Shown: positions 26,482-35,918 of the stretch, one piece after another
How the letters are laid out: every line of letters starts with the position of its first letter
Position numbering within the stretch: the stretch's first letter is position 1
DNA from: a virus
Lineage: Duplodnaviria; Caudoviricetes
Length of the DNA stretch: 64,000 nt
IMG/VR virus record: IMGVR_UViG_3300033075_001504
Span: 12,001 to 76,000 of that record
Direction: 5' to 3' (one strand)
Position numbers and translations under genes: made by a program
Notes under the pieces: generated by a model
Told to the model about the DNA's origin: nothing
What the model saw: the letters and a program-made list of their open reading frames with translations, nothing else
The model's database searches: none

Positions 26482-26672
26482 TGGGGGACGAGGAGGACAG
26501 CATCATCGCCGTCCGACTCCTCATCGACCGCTCCGAGGAGGACGACATCATCCGCCGGGCCCTGCGCTTCGCGTTCAACGACGCGAAGAGGCAGGGCCTC
26601 ACCAACTTCACCATCGCCGAGAAGCTCGGCGTCGAGGTGGAGACCATCACCCGCATCTGCAAGGAGGACTGA
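26481..26672 (+). CDS. Small HTH protein (63 aa)
   Basis: GLTNFTIAEKLGVEVETITRI. Confidence 0.7.
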   Translation: MGDEEDSIIAVRLLIDRSEEDDIIRRALRFAFNDAKRQGLTNFTIAEKLGVEVETITRICKED

Positions 26673-26673
26673 C

Positions 26674-27372
26674 ATGGGACTGGACGTGTACGTGCACGAC
26701 CGCGCGAAGGCCGTCGCCGTCGAGGACGACGGAGACACCTACCACGAGTGGAAGGACCGCTACGACGAGGTGGACCTGCGCTCGTCCTACAACGACAGCG
26801 GGTTCAACCACATCGTGGAGAGCCTGGTCGGGAAGTACGGCTTCTACTACATCTTCGAGCCGCTCAAGGGCGAGGATGAGGAGTACGAGTTCCCCGTGCG
26901 CGGCCGCGAGGATGTCCTGCGGCAGTGCCGGGAGCGGGCGGTCGAGATCAAGACGCTGCTGGAGACGGCGGCCGAGGCCGACGAGTTCTTCTCCTGCTTC
27001 GACATCGACATGCCGCGGAACAAGGACCTCGTCGCCCTGGACGAGAAGACGGCGTTGGGGTTCTTCCGCGACCAGAAGGCCCGGCACAAGGACGGGACCG
27101 GCTTCAGTACCTACACCACCGGCACCGGGTTCTTCTCGATGACCGGCATCGAGGTCTTCGCCATCATGCCCGGCCTCAAGCAGGACATCTTCGCCAAGAT
27201 CAACGGCAACGCCGACGGCCTGGTGCCGACGACCTACGTGGTCGTCAAGCACTCCAAGGACAGCGCGGGCTACTACATCGACCAGGCCGACCGCGCGGTC
27301 AAGATGTGCGACCTGCTCCTGGAGATGCTCCAGGACCCCGAGACCGACCCGGTCATCATCTGGTCGGCGTGA
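26674..27372 (+). CDS. Hypothetical protein (232 aa)
   Basis: Track ORF, MGLDVY.. start. Confidence 0.8.
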   Translation: MGLDVYVHDRAKAVAVEDDGDTYHEWKDRYDEVDLRSSYNDSGFNHIVESLVGKYGFYYIFEPLKGEDEEYEFPVRGREDVLRQCRERAVEIKTLLETAAEADEFFSCFDIDMPRNKDLVALDEKTALGFFRDQKARHKDGTGFSTYTTGTGFFSMTGIEVFAIMPGLKQDIFAKINGNADGLVPTTYVVVKHSKDSAGYYIDQADRAVKMCDLLLEMLQDPETDPVIIWSA

Positions 27373-27381
27373 GGAGGAGAC

Positions 27382-27597
27382 ATGCAGCACTTCGCTGACG
27401 AGAAGCACGCCTGGGTGTCCGGCCTGCTGGTCGGCCACCTGCTCAAGAACGGCCTCGAGGTCTCGGTGCACACCGACGACGAGGGCAACTGGACGCCCAC
27501 GCTCGACGTGCTCATCCCCGAGCTCGAGGAGTTCGTGACGCTCCGGGTGTGCATCCCCGACACCGAGGAGGCCGCGCACGAGCCGGAGGGGACATGA
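27382..27597 (+). CDS. Hypothetical protein (71 aa)
   Basis: GGAGG RBS. Confidence 0.7.
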   Translation: MQHFADEKHAWVSGLLVGHLLKNGLEVSVHTDDEGNWTPTLDVLIPELEEFVTLRVCIPDTEEAAHEPEGT

Positions 27598-27830
27598 CCC
27601 ATCCGCGCTGCGCCAAGTGCCGCAAGACCGCCACCGAGGTGGTCGACAAGGTCTACCTCGAGGAGGGGGAGACGCCCGACCACTTCATCCGGGTGAACGA
27701 GGGGACCTTCTACCCGCCCACGGAGAGGTTCCTCTGCGACGCCTGCTACATCGCGGTCGGGATGCCGTCCTCCCCCACGGGGTGGAAGGCCAGCCCGGCC
27801 AACCTACGAGCACTAGGGATCGAATCGTGA
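27594..27830 (+). CDS. Zn-finger hypothetical protein (78 aa)
   Basis: CAKC..EGTFYP..FLCDACYIAVGMPS. Confidence 0.7.
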   Translation: MTHPRCAKCRKTATEVVDKVYLEEGETPDHFIRVNEGTFYPPTERFLCDACYIAVGMPSSPTGWKASPANLRALGIES

Positions 27831-28819
27831 AGGGACAGTCCGATCTGCCGCCGATCACCAGCAACGAGGACCTCATCAAGAGGATCCCGCTGCTGACCGG
27901 CTACCGCCCGTACGGGGAGATCATCCTCCTGCTGGCGGGCACCCACATCACCTGGTCGAGCGTGGTGGACCCGGACTACCTCCGGGAGCTGCCGCAGATC
28001 ACCACCGGGATCCGCAACGCGCTGGACCCGCTGCGCGAGCAGAAGCTCTACCTGATCTACACCCTGCCGCTCAAGAAGGGCGTCCCGCTGGCGAGCACCA
28101 CCCGGCGCAGCGCCCTGCGCCAGACGATGGCCATGGCCCAGGACGGGGGCATGGTCTACCACGCACCGGAGCACTGCCCCGACCTCGACCTGTCCATCAT
28201 GGTGGGCTGGGACATGGGGTCCTTCCTCACCTCCGCGTGCACCGACGACAACCCCGACGACGACTGCCTGCCGGGGGAGGGGCACCCGATCACCGGGGAC
28301 CTCTACACGCTTCCGGGCGTGACCGTCTACGCGGACCGGGAGTCCTGGGAGCGGGCCTTCGAGGTGGGCCGGGAGGACATCGTCCCGACCCCCGACGTGC
28401 TGGCCCGGATGGAGGTCGTCATGACCAACCTGGGCAACCACCCCCGCGAGATGCTCGCCGAGCTGGCGACCGACCCGCGGGGCCTGGACGACGCCGGGGC
28501 GCTGGCCCTGACCCGCTACATCAAGGGGACCAACGCCGACGACGTGGCGCGGTCCTGGCTGGCCAACGGCTGGAGCATCGACAACCTGATGCGCCTGGTC
28601 CGGTGCACGTCCTCGGTCCCCGCGCGCAGTGCGGTGGCCACCACGCTGGCCTGCGACGGCTACCTGGCCTACGCCCGGTCGGTGGGCCGCACCATCCCCT
28701 CCGGGATGGGCTCGGACCTCGTGGAGATGATCCGCGGGGGCGAGGCCAACCCGATGGAGTTCATGCAGGCCCGGGAGGAGGTGGTCAAGGATCTCGACAC
28801 CTACCGGCTGTGGTCTTGA
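27827..28819 (+). CDS. DUF4192-like protein (330 aa)
   Basis: N-terminal EDLIKRIPLLTGYRPYGEIILL and helical C-terminus resemble actinobacterial DUF4192. Confidence 0.6.
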   Translation: MKGQSDLPPITSNEDLIKRIPLLTGYRPYGEIILLLAGTHITWSSVVDPDYLRELPQITTGIRNALDPLREQKLYLIYTLPLKKGVPLASTTRRSALRQTMAMAQDGGMVYHAPEHCPDLDLSIMVGWDMGSFLTSACTDDNPDDDCLPGEGHPITGDLYTLPGVTVYADRESWERAFEVGREDIVPTPDVLARMEVVMTNLGNHPREMLAELATDPRGLDDAGALALTRYIKGTNADDVARSWLANGWSIDNLMRLVRCTSSVPARSAVATTLACDGYLAYARSVGRTIPSGMGSDLVEMIRGGEANPMEFMQAREEVVKDLDTYRLWS

Positions 28820-28845
28820 CGTTAGAAGGGAGAGTCAGATAGACT
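28816..28845 (+). promoter_or_regulatory. SigA-type promoter TTGACG-N18-TAGACT
   Basis: Near-consensus hexamers. Confidence 0.75.
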
Positions 28846-28896
28846 GCCAGGGCAGCTGGGGGCGAGTAATCCCCCCGCCCGTCCCTGGTTGCACCG

Positions 28897-28939
28897 GAAG
28901 GCCCGTCATGCTCCCTCCCCCGGAGCGTGACGGGCCTTC
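28897..28939 (+). terminator. 18-bp leader hairpin (terminator/attenuator-like)
   Basis: gaaggcccgtcatgctcc / ggagcgtgacgggccttc. Confidence 0.65.
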
Positions 28940-28965
28940 TTCGTATCCGAGAAGGAAGGACTGTC

Positions 28966-29460
28966 ATGCGCAAGCTCCGCGACGCGGTGAAGGCCAAGGC
29001 CTCCGCCGTCGTCTCCAAGACCCGGGAGGTCGTCCGCACGGCCGCCTCCTGGCTGAGCAAGAACCGCGTCACCGCGCCGGTGGTCAAGGCCGCCCGCGTG
29101 GTCGTCAACGCCGTGACCGCAGCCGTGGTCGTGGTCGTGTCCCTGGTCGTCGGTCTCGTGGTGCTCGTCCTGGCCGCGGTGCTGATCGTCCTGGACGCCG
29201 TCGTCACGCTGATCCACAAGATCGTGACGCTGGTCTACATCACCGCGTCCGCCCTGCTCGGGCTGGTCCGCGACCGCAAGCACTTCCGCGACGAGCTCGC
29301 CCACGCCCGCGTGGTCCTCACGCACTGGTCGGTGGGCTCCTACCTGGAGGCCAACGAGATCCTGCTGGCGGACAAGCCGCCGGTGGTCCACGCCGTCAGG
29401 GTCAAGCGCAAGAACAAGCGCCTCATCATCGACGGTGGCCCCGAAGCGCTCCCGGCATGA
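28966..29460 (+). CDS. Membrane protein (164 aa)
   Basis: Long Val-rich hydrophobic stretch. Confidence 0.75.
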   Translation: MRKLRDAVKAKASAVVSKTREVVRTAASWLSKNRVTAPVVKAARVVVNAVTAAVVVVVSLVVGLVVLVLAAVLIVLDAVVTLIHKIVTLVYITASALLGLVRDRKHFRDELAHARVVLTHWSVGSYLEANEILLADKPPVVHAVRVKRKNKRLIIDGGPEALPA

Positions 29461-29663
29461 GCGAGGTCACCCTCGAGGACGCCCTCGACGTCATCGAGTG
29501 GCTGGTGCGCCAGCACTGCTACTCGGTGGGCGACGAGTACGACACCGAGGCGCTGTCCACCAACCGCGACGCCTTCGAGCTCCTGGTCCAGGCCGGGCGC
29601 GCGGAGTACGTCGGGGAGCAGTACGGCCGTCGCGCGTTCATCAGGTTCAAGGAGGGGACATGA
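29457..29663 (+). CDS. Hypothetical protein (68 aa)
   Basis: ATGA overlaps. Confidence 0.7.
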   Translation: MSEVTLEDALDVIEWLVRQHCYSVGDEYDTEALSTNRDAFELLVQAGRAEYVGEQYGRRAFIRFKEGT

Positions 29664-30052
29664 TCATCGAGATCGCGTCGCACGACGTGGAGTGGATCAA
29701 CGAGTCCAACGCGTGGCGCAAGGAGTTCGGGATGCTCAACACCCCGGAGTACTTCGTCTCCGACCGGGTGATGGGCAACGGGGTGGCCGTCTGGACCCTC
29801 ATCCACCCCGACCCGGGCACGCCCGACACCCGGATCCTGGTCGCCCAGGATCTCAACGACGCCCTGACCGGCAAGGTCGGCCTGGGCTACGGTCTGGCCA
29901 GCCAGTTCTCGCTGGCCAACTACTACGACCTCTTCAACGACGACATCTCCGAGATCAAGGACTGGCTGTCCGACCTCGGGTGCTCGGAGGAGGAGATGGC
30001 GTGGTTCAGCCGGACCGACACGACCCGGATGGCACCACCGAACAGGAGATGA
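29660..30052 (+). CDS. Hypothetical protein (130 aa)
   Basis: ATGA overlap, GGAGG RBS. Confidence 0.7.
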   Translation: MIIEIASHDVEWINESNAWRKEFGMLNTPEYFVSDRVMGNGVAVWTLIHPDPGTPDTRILVAQDLNDALTGKVGLGYGLASQFSLANYYDLFNDDISEIKDWLSDLGCSEEEMAWFSRTDTTRMAPPNRR

Positions 30053-30056
30053 AGGA

Positions 30057-30353
30057 ATGGAAGACATCAGCGAGCAGCTCGACGCGATGATCCAGGACCT
30101 CGACGAGGACGACCTCACCGACGCCCTGTCCCTGCTCGAGCGGATCGAGAGCTCCTCCGAGATGGAGGTGCAGGACGGCAACCTCGCCCGACTGCTGCTG
30201 CGCGCCTACGTGGCGGGCCGGGCCACCGCGCCCGACCGCAGCAACGACACGGACCTGCTGGTGGGCATCACCCCCGAGGACGCCGCGACCCTGGTCGCCG
30301 GTCTGCTCGGCGACGGGGCGACGCTCACCTTGTCCGTCGTCCGCCATGGTTAG
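30057..30353 (+). CDS. Hypothetical protein (98 aa)
   Basis: Track ORF. Confidence 0.7.
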   Translation: MEDISEQLDAMIQDLDEDDLTDALSLLERIESSSEMEVQDGNLARLLLRAYVAGRATAPDRSNDTDLLVGITPEDAATLVAGLLGDGATLTLSVVRHG

Positions 30354-30555
30354 GCGGCGGCACCCGCTTCCGCCAGTGCGGCGCAAGCATCCGCTGCGAC
30401 GCAGGGACGACGCCCGGCGGCGCAACGCCGGGCTCAGCGTCCTGGTGGCTCAGACCTGGGACGAGATCGCCAGGATCCGGGCTGCTCAGGGCGACCAGGA
30501 AGGAGCCGAGCGCGCTCGCGTCTCGGCACGAGCAACGTCGCCACGGCGACGATGA
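30346..30555 (+). CDS. Arg-rich hypothetical protein (start uncertain)
   Basis: Fills operon gap, ATGA overlap downstream. Confidence 0.4.
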   Translation: MVRRRHPLPPVRRKHPLRRRDDARRRNAGLSVLVAQTWDEIARIRAAQGDQEGAERARVSARATSPRRR

Positions 30556-30848
30556 GAGGAGTGAACATGCTGCGCGGCGCGCTGAAGTGGCTGGCCACGG
30601 TGATCGAGAAGGTCACCGAGGCGCTGGCCGAGTACCTGGACACCCCCGAGCGTGCTCCGCAGATGCTGCCCTTCGCGGAGTTCCCGGTGGAGAAGAAGAT
30701 GGACGTGGCGGCCCGCAAGACCGTCGCGTTCGTCCTCTATGTGGTGGGCACGGCCATCGTGCTGGTCCCCTCGTTCTCCCCGAAGCTCACCCTGCCCATC
30801 GGCGACCTCATGCACCGCCTGGCCTCCCTCCTGGTGGCCGGGCTGTGA
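30552..30848 (+). CDS. Putative membrane protein (98 aa)
   Basis: TM segment VAFVLYVVGTAIVLV. Confidence 0.65.
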   Translation: MRGVNMLRGALKWLATVIEKVTEALAEYLDTPERAPQMLPFAEFPVEKKMDVAARKTVAFVLYVVGTAIVLVPSFSPKLTLPIGDLMHRLASLLVAGL

Positions 30849-31417
30849 TGGAGGAGGTCGGGGACGGCATCTTCTCGTTCACCACGTTCGAGGAGATGGC
30901 CGAGCACATGGAGCGGGCGACCCAGGCGGCCATCGCCGCCATGACCCCGCACCAGCGGGGCCTGCTCGACGGGCAGGCCTTCACCTGGTTCCGCTACTAC
31001 CCGGAGATGGAGCCCGGCTTCACCATCTGGGGCCAGCGCAAGTCCCTGGCCGACCTCGCCGCGGAGTACGAGGCCAAGGCGAAGGAGTGCGAGACCAGGG
31101 ACGACCCCGAGGGGGCCGAGGAGTGGCGGGACGAGATCGAGCGGGACAAGGAGAACCTCGCTCGCGGCTACGTCTCCGGTACCGCCTACTCCACCGTCGA
31201 GCCCGGCGGCGAGTACGGCGACACCCACGCAGCGAGCATCATCGGCGTCCCGGCCGAGTGGTTCCTGCTGGCCAAGATGCACCACTGGTCGCTGGGGGAG
31301 ATGCTCCACGGCTCCGAGGAGAGCAGGCACGCCGCCGAGCTCATCATCGAGGCCTGGAACCTCAACCTCGCAGCACAGATCTCCCGCGAGATGGAAGACA
31401 AGGAGGAAGGAATGTGA
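30848..31417 (+). CDS. Hypothetical protein (189 aa)
   Basis: TGATG overlap. Confidence 0.75.
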   Translation: MEEVGDGIFSFTTFEEMAEHMERATQAAIAAMTPHQRGLLDGQAFTWFRYYPEMEPGFTIWGQRKSLADLAAEYEAKAKECETRDDPEGAEEWRDEIERDKENLARGYVSGTAYSTVEPGGEYGDTHAASIIGVPAEWFLLAKMHHWSLGEMLHGSEESRHAAELIIEAWNLNLAAQISREMEDKEEGM

Positions 31418-31635
31418 GCATTCGGTTCACACGGGTCTGGGACGCCAACTCGTCGTTCCAGGCCCATGTGTCCGAAGACGTCACCTACGTGATCCTGCCC
31501 GTCATCGACGGCCCCCAGGTCCTGGGTTTCAGGATCTACGACCTGGTCACCGGCGAGCTGGAAGAGGAGGACTACGAGCGTCTGCACGAGGCCAAGGCCG
31601 CCGTGGAGGCGCTCGTCTCACGTAGGGGGACGTAA
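31414..31635 (+). CDS. Hypothetical protein (73 aa)
   Basis: GTGA overlap. Confidence 0.65.
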   Translation: MSIRFTRVWDANSSFQAHVSEDVTYVILPVIDGPQVLGFRIYDLVTGELEEEDYERLHEAKAAVEALVSRRGT

Positions 31636-31865
31636 TGCGGACATACGCGTGGGGCTTCGATGAGGGACCTCGGTTCACCGTCGAAGTGCCCGACGACTCG
31701 GAGCTGGTGACCGCCAGCACCACGTACGAGGACCTGCTGCACCCCTCGGGCCAGCGGATCCACCAGAAGATCCTCACCGTCAAGCTCTACTTCCTCGATG
31801 CGGAGGACATCGAGGACTCGGAGGAGTCCAAGGCCGTGCTTACCGTGATTGGAGAGAACGCATGA
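31635..31865 (+). CDS. Hypothetical protein (76 aa)
   Basis: Track ORF, TAATG overlap. Confidence 0.65.
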   Translation: MRTYAWGFDEGPRFTVEVPDDSELVTASTTYEDLLHPSGQRIHQKILTVKLYFLDAEDIEDSEESKAVLTVIGENA

Positions 31866-32341
31866 GGGCGAACGTCATCACGATCCCCTTCCCCTCGACC
31901 GAGCGGCAGTACCGCGACCTGTGCGAGCGGATCAAGGTCCACTGGCAGGAGCGGGTCAGCCCCACCGGAAGCGGTGGTGGCAAGGACGGGATGAAGCTCT
32001 ACGTCGGCGTCGGCGACGTCGTGATGGACACCTGGGAGGAGGTGGAGCAGCGGATGAGCCCGGAGGGATTCTTCTTCCGGATCTACTTCAACTGGCCCAC
32101 CACCGACATCCAGGACCGGATCGTGCGGGACCTGCTGATCCAGAACCTCGAGGTCAGCATCATCCCGCTGGTCTACTTCGACGAGATCGAGCTGGACGTC
32201 TCCAGCCACGACTGCTCGGGCGGGCCGGGCAACGCCCGCAACTGCGGTGTCTGCCGCTACTCCGAGGACCTCGACGTCATCGAGGCCTACCCCACTCGGA
32301 GCGCGAACGAGTCGATCCGGGAGTACGTCAGCCACCAGTAA
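31862..32341 (+). CDS. Hypothetical protein (159 aa)
   Basis: Track ORF, C-terminal Cys cluster. Confidence 0.75.
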   Translation: MRANVITIPFPSTERQYRDLCERIKVHWQERVSPTGSGGGKDGMKLYVGVGDVVMDTWEEVEQRMSPEGFFFRIYFNWPTTDIQDRIVRDLLIQNLEVSIIPLVYFDEIELDVSSHDCSGGPGNARNCGVCRYSEDLDVIEAYPTRSANESIREYVSHQ

Positions 32342-32396
32342 GACCGACCGCATGAGGCATGGAACCCACCAGAGAGAACCAGGAGAAGGATCAGTA

Positions 32397-33881
32397 ATGG
32401 ACAAGTTCAGCATCGACAAGGCCGCGCACTTCGCCCAGATCGTGGACGACCTGACCAAGCTCGGGAAGGCCGGGAACGCCGGTGGCTACACCGAGCCGGT
32501 GATCTACACCCCGGGCGTGCAGATCGGCATCCCGGAGGGCATGAGCGACGCGGTCGCGATCGACACCCTGACCCAGTACGTCGCGGACAAGCGGACGATG
32601 ACGACGGTGGTCAAGGAGGACTACGGCTACAAGCCCTGGGACGTCGCGGCCGCCACGGCGCGCGTGCTGGCCAGCCAGTTCGGCATCACCACCCAGCGGG
32701 GCCGCGGCTCCCAGATCGAGGTCCAGTGCGACATCGACAAGGTGATGTACGTCCCGTGGGGCGAGGTGCAGGTGCCGCAGATCAAGGCCACCATCACCAT
32801 CGACTCCACCGACCTGGGCGACGGCATGGGCAGCGTGGGCCGCACCACGATCGAGCTGCCCAAGCTGTTCGAGGACGCCGCCCGCGGTGTGCACCAGCTC
32901 GTCGCCGCCGAGCTGGCCCAGCACTCCATCTACCGCGGCAAGGCGATCACGTCGGACGAGAAGCCCCGCTTCCTCAACCCCTACGTGACCGACCGCAACA
33001 ACATCGTGTGGTCGCACTCGACCCGCGCGGCCCTCATGGGCTCGGTCATCAACGTCATCCGGCACTCCGACCGGGCCAAGGAGCGGGGCATCGACCTCAA
33101 CCGCCCCGTGCTCTGGTACGGCGAGCCGGGCAACGGCAAGACCGAGACGATGAACATCGTCGCGCAGGAGGCCCTGGAGCACGGGTGGTCGTTCATCCAG
33201 TGCAACGGCACGCTGCGGGACCTCGTGTCCACGCTGCGCTACGCCCGCCGCCAGGGCCGCCACGTCGTCGCCGTCGAGGACTTCGAGCGCCTCATCAACG
33301 ACGCCACGCAGCAGGACCGAACGGACCTGCTCGAGGAGCTCGACGGCGCGACCAGCAAGGGCAGCGAGGTGCTGCTCGTGGCGACGACGAACTTCCTGGA
33401 GGACCTCAACGTCCACCAGGCGGCGCGTCGGCGCTTCTTCAAGGAGATCCACTTCGGTCCCCTCGACAGCCAGGGCGTGGAGAACCTGCTGCGCATCACG
33501 CTGGCGGGCACGGCCGCGGCCGACGCCGGGGAGTCCATCCCGGTCGAGGAGCACAAGCGGACCATCCACGAGGACGCGGACTACACCACGATGAACTACG
33601 CGAAGGTGACCCGCGCCCTGGACGGCTGGGGCAACTCCTACATCCGCAAGGTTCAGGAGTTCGCGCAGAGCATCGCGCTGGCCCACGCCGAGCCGCACCT
33701 CACCACTGCCGACCTGCTCGACGCGATCGAGGCCTACACCCCGGACTGGCAGGCCTACCTGGCCTCCCAGGGCCGCGCGGAGGAGCGGACCTTCGAGTCC
33801 GAGTTCCGCAAGGTCGTCCGCGAGGAGGCCAAGGCGGGCAAGGTCAAGAAGGCCGAGGAGAACGCCCCCACGATGTCCTAG
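32397..33881 (+). CDS. AAA+ ATPase (494 aa)
   Basis: Walker A GEPGNGKT, Walker B-like VVAVEDFE, LLEELDG, VATTN, Arg finger AARRRF. Confidence 0.9.
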   Translation: MDKFSIDKAAHFAQIVDDLTKLGKAGNAGGYTEPVIYTPGVQIGIPEGMSDAVAIDTLTQYVADKRTMTTVVKEDYGYKPWDVAAATARVLASQFGITTQRGRGSQIEVQCDIDKVMYVPWGEVQVPQIKATITIDSTDLGDGMGSVGRTTIELPKLFEDAARGVHQLVAAELAQHSIYRGKAITSDEKPRFLNPYVTDRNNIVWSHSTRAALMGSVINVIRHSDRAKERGIDLNRPVLWYGEPGNGKTETMNIVAQEALEHGWSFIQCNGTLRDLVSTLRYARRQGRHVVAVEDFERLINDATQQDRTDLLEELDGATSKGSEVLLVATTNFLEDLNVHQAARRRFFKEIHFGPLDSQGVENLLRITLAGTAAADAGESIPVEEHKRTIHEDADYTTMNYAKVTRALDGWGNSYIRKVQEFAQSIALAHAEPHLTTADLLDAIEAYTPDWQAYLASQGRAEERTFESEFRKVVREEAKAGKVKKAEENAPTMS

Positions 33882-33885
33882 ACCC

Positions 33886-34005
33886 GGTCAGGCTCGGTGG
33901 GGTCAGGCTTGGTGCGGCCCGGCGTGGAGCGGCTAGGCGTGACACGGCATGACAAGGCATGGCGTGCCATGGCAGGGCCTGGACCGGACTGGCAGGGCAC
34001 GGCAC
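33886..34005 (+). repeat. GGY-NN pentamer array 1 (24 units)
   Basis: In-register 5-nt units ggtca ggctc ggtgg ggtca ggctt ... ggcac ggcac; all start with G, 18/24 GGY. Confidence 0.9.
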
Positions 34006-34008
34006 GGG

Positions 34009-34038
34009 GGGGCGGGATCTTCGGGTCCCGCCCCTCTT
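34009..34038 (+). terminator. Hairpin closing array 1 (11 bp, C(UUCG)G loop, short U tract)
   Basis: ggggcgggatc-ttcg-ggtcccgcccc-tctt. Confidence 0.7.
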
Positions 34039-34059
34039 CCCATCTACGAACGGAGAGAC

Positions 34060-34593
34060 ATGAAGAAGTTGATCATCCCGCTGCTGGTGGCCGCCGCGCT
34101 GCTGGCCGGGTGCGCGGACTCGTCCCAGCGCAAGGACGCCCAGGTGGCCAACGACCAGCTCGGGCAGTACCTCCAGGCGCAGCCGGTGCCGGTGTTCAAG
34201 TGGTCCCAGGAGCGGGCCACGATGGTCGCCATCATCAACGCCCGGGCGACTACGACGGCGACCACGACGTTCTTCTTCAACCAGGGCGTCAAGGACCCGA
34301 TCATGTCCTGCCCGTCGATCGGCTACCCGATCGCATCCTCGACCCAGCTCACCAACCCCGACACCGAGGTGGGCGGGCAGGGCGCGGTCGTGGCGCAGAT
34401 CGACCCGCCCGGCGTCTACACAGGGGACTCGACGGGCACCTACGTGCTCTGCACGGCCTCCTCGGGCACCCGCTACCCCTTCTACTGGGAGGGTTTCGTC
34501 GCTACGGTCGGCGGGGACGCTGTCTGGGACAGCGCGAAGGGCGAGGCCGTCATGCAGGGCGAGCCGACCGTGAAGGTGGAGACCAAGAAGTGA
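34060..34593 (+). CDS. Lipoprotein (177 aa)
   Basis: MKK plus hydrophobic stretch plus lipobox LAG|C. Confidence 0.85.
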   Translation: MKKLIIPLLVAAALLAGCADSSQRKDAQVANDQLGQYLQAQPVPVFKWSQERATMVAIINARATTTATTTFFFNQGVKDPIMSCPSIGYPIASSTQLTNPDTEVGGQGAVVAQIDPPGVYTGDSTGTYVLCTASSGTRYPFYWEGFVATVGGDAVWDSAKGEAVMQGEPTVKVETKK

Positions 34594-34925
34594 GCGGCTA
34601 CGACAACTACGGCGACCGGCCGTCCAAGGACATGGCCCGCATCGTGATGTGGACCCTGTTCGCAGTGGTGCTGGTCGCGGCCGTCACGCTGCTGTGGGTC
34701 TACGTGGTGAGCCCGCTGCTGATCTCCCGCAACGCGGAGAACCTCCAGCGGACCTACGGGGCCCAGTCGGCGAAGATCGACGCGGCCCGCGAGGCGATCA
34801 CTGCGGCGACCGTAGCCACCAACCCGGCGAGCAAGAAGGCGCTGACCATCCAGGCGTGCCATCTCATCGCCGACGTGAACGACCCTCCCGGAGACCTCGC
34901 CTCCTTCGAGGCGACCGACTGCTGA
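34590..34925 (+). CDS. Single-pass membrane protein (111 aa)
   Basis: GTGA overlap; TM IVMWTLFAVVLVAAVTLLWVYVV. Confidence 0.8.
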   Translation: MSGYDNYGDRPSKDMARIVMWTLFAVVLVAAVTLLWVYVVSPLLISRNAENLQRTYGAQSAKIDAAREAITAATVATNPASKKALTIQACHLIADVNDPPGDLASFEATDC

Positions 34926-35151
34926 GCCACGGCGTGGCACGGCGTGGCCGGATAGGGCGGGGCAGGTCCAGCCCAGGTCTGGCAAGGCATGACTCGGCAG
35001 GGCATGGCACGGCATGGCCGGACCAGGACAGGCATGGAGGGGCTGGGCAAGGCAAGGCTAGGACTGGCCCGGCGAGGCGCGGTTTCGGCCCGGCAAGGCT
35101 AGGCAAGCCCCGGCAGGGCCGGGCTTGGCAAGGCACGGCAGGACGTGGTCA
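34926..35151 (+). repeat. GGY-NN pentamer array 2 (45 units; one extra C at 35086)
   Basis: 32 units 34926-35085 plus 13 units 35087-35151; 34/45 GGY. Confidence 0.9.
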
Positions 35152-35171
35152 TCACAACTCTGGAGGTCCCG

Positions 35172-35696
35172 ATGAAGTACACCTGGTTCCCTGACGCTTC
35201 GCGGTTCATCGAGGAGTGGGGGCTGTCGCACGCCGACGTCGAGGACGTCGCCGATCACCCGACGACCGTCGCGGTCAACGCGCTCTCGGTGAGCAAGGGC
35301 TACCCGGTCGAGGACCGGCGGCGCGGTGACGTGACCGTCGTGGTCGGTCTCCGCGAGGAGCAGCCGTCCATCCTCTACGTCCGGGTGCACCTCCCGATCC
35401 ACACCACCAGCGGCCTGGGCTCGCAGCAGCCGAGTGGATCGGGCTCCGAGCTTCCCCGCACGATGCGGGGGCTCCGATCCAAGATCGTGGCCGAGGGCTA
35501 CCGGATCGAGGCCGGTGGCAAGCACGACCGGGTGCTCACCCCGGACGGCGACTTCCTCTGCGCGATCTCCGTGACGCCATCGGAGTACCGATCGATCGCC
35601 AACGACTGGCTGGCGTTCCGGCGAGCGGCGGACAAGCACGCAGTCAAGAGCCGCGCGCTGCGCGGTTCCCTCTACCTCGAGGAGACCGCCCCCTGA
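35172..35696 (+). CDS. Two-domain protein: DUF4258/BrnT-like N-terminus plus HicA-like RNase C-terminus (174 aa)
   Basis: GLSHADVEDVADHP..RRRGDVTVVVG; C-terminal GYRIEAGGKHDRV..ISVTPSEYRSIAN resembles the HicA G-x-H/TPSD pattern. Confidence 0.55.
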   Translation: MKYTWFPDASRFIEEWGLSHADVEDVADHPTTVAVNALSVSKGYPVEDRRRGDVTVVVGLREEQPSILYVRVHLPIHTTSGLGSQQPSGSGSELPRTMRGLRSKIVAEGYRIEAGGKHDRVLTPDGDFLCAISVTPSEYRSIANDWLAFRRAADKHAVKSRALRGSLYLEETAP

Positions 35697-35701
35697 CCTA
35701 C

Positions 35702-35881
35702 GGCGCGGCTGGGTGAGGCACGGCCAGCCTCGGCGAGGCGTGGCTGGACAGGACAAGGCCAGGACGGGTTAGGCAAGGCAAGGCCAGGACAGGCGTGGCA
35801 GGTCTCGGCTTGGCAAGGCAGGACCAGCCTTGGTCGGGCTAGGCATGCACGGGTTCGGCGAGGCGCGGCGTGGCACGGCTG
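35702..35881 (+). repeat. GGY-NN pentamer array 3a (36 units)
   Basis: Perfect 5-nt register, 27/36 GGY. Confidence 0.9.
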
Positions 35882-35882
35882 C

Positions 35883-35913
35883 GGGCCCCATCACCGCGGT
35901 GGTGGGGCCCTTT
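35883..35913 (+). terminator. Intrinsic terminator-like hairpin between arrays 3a and 3b
   Basis: gggccccatcac-cgcg-gtggtggggccc-ttt (12 bp). Confidence 0.75.
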
Positions 35914-35918
35914 GCTGT

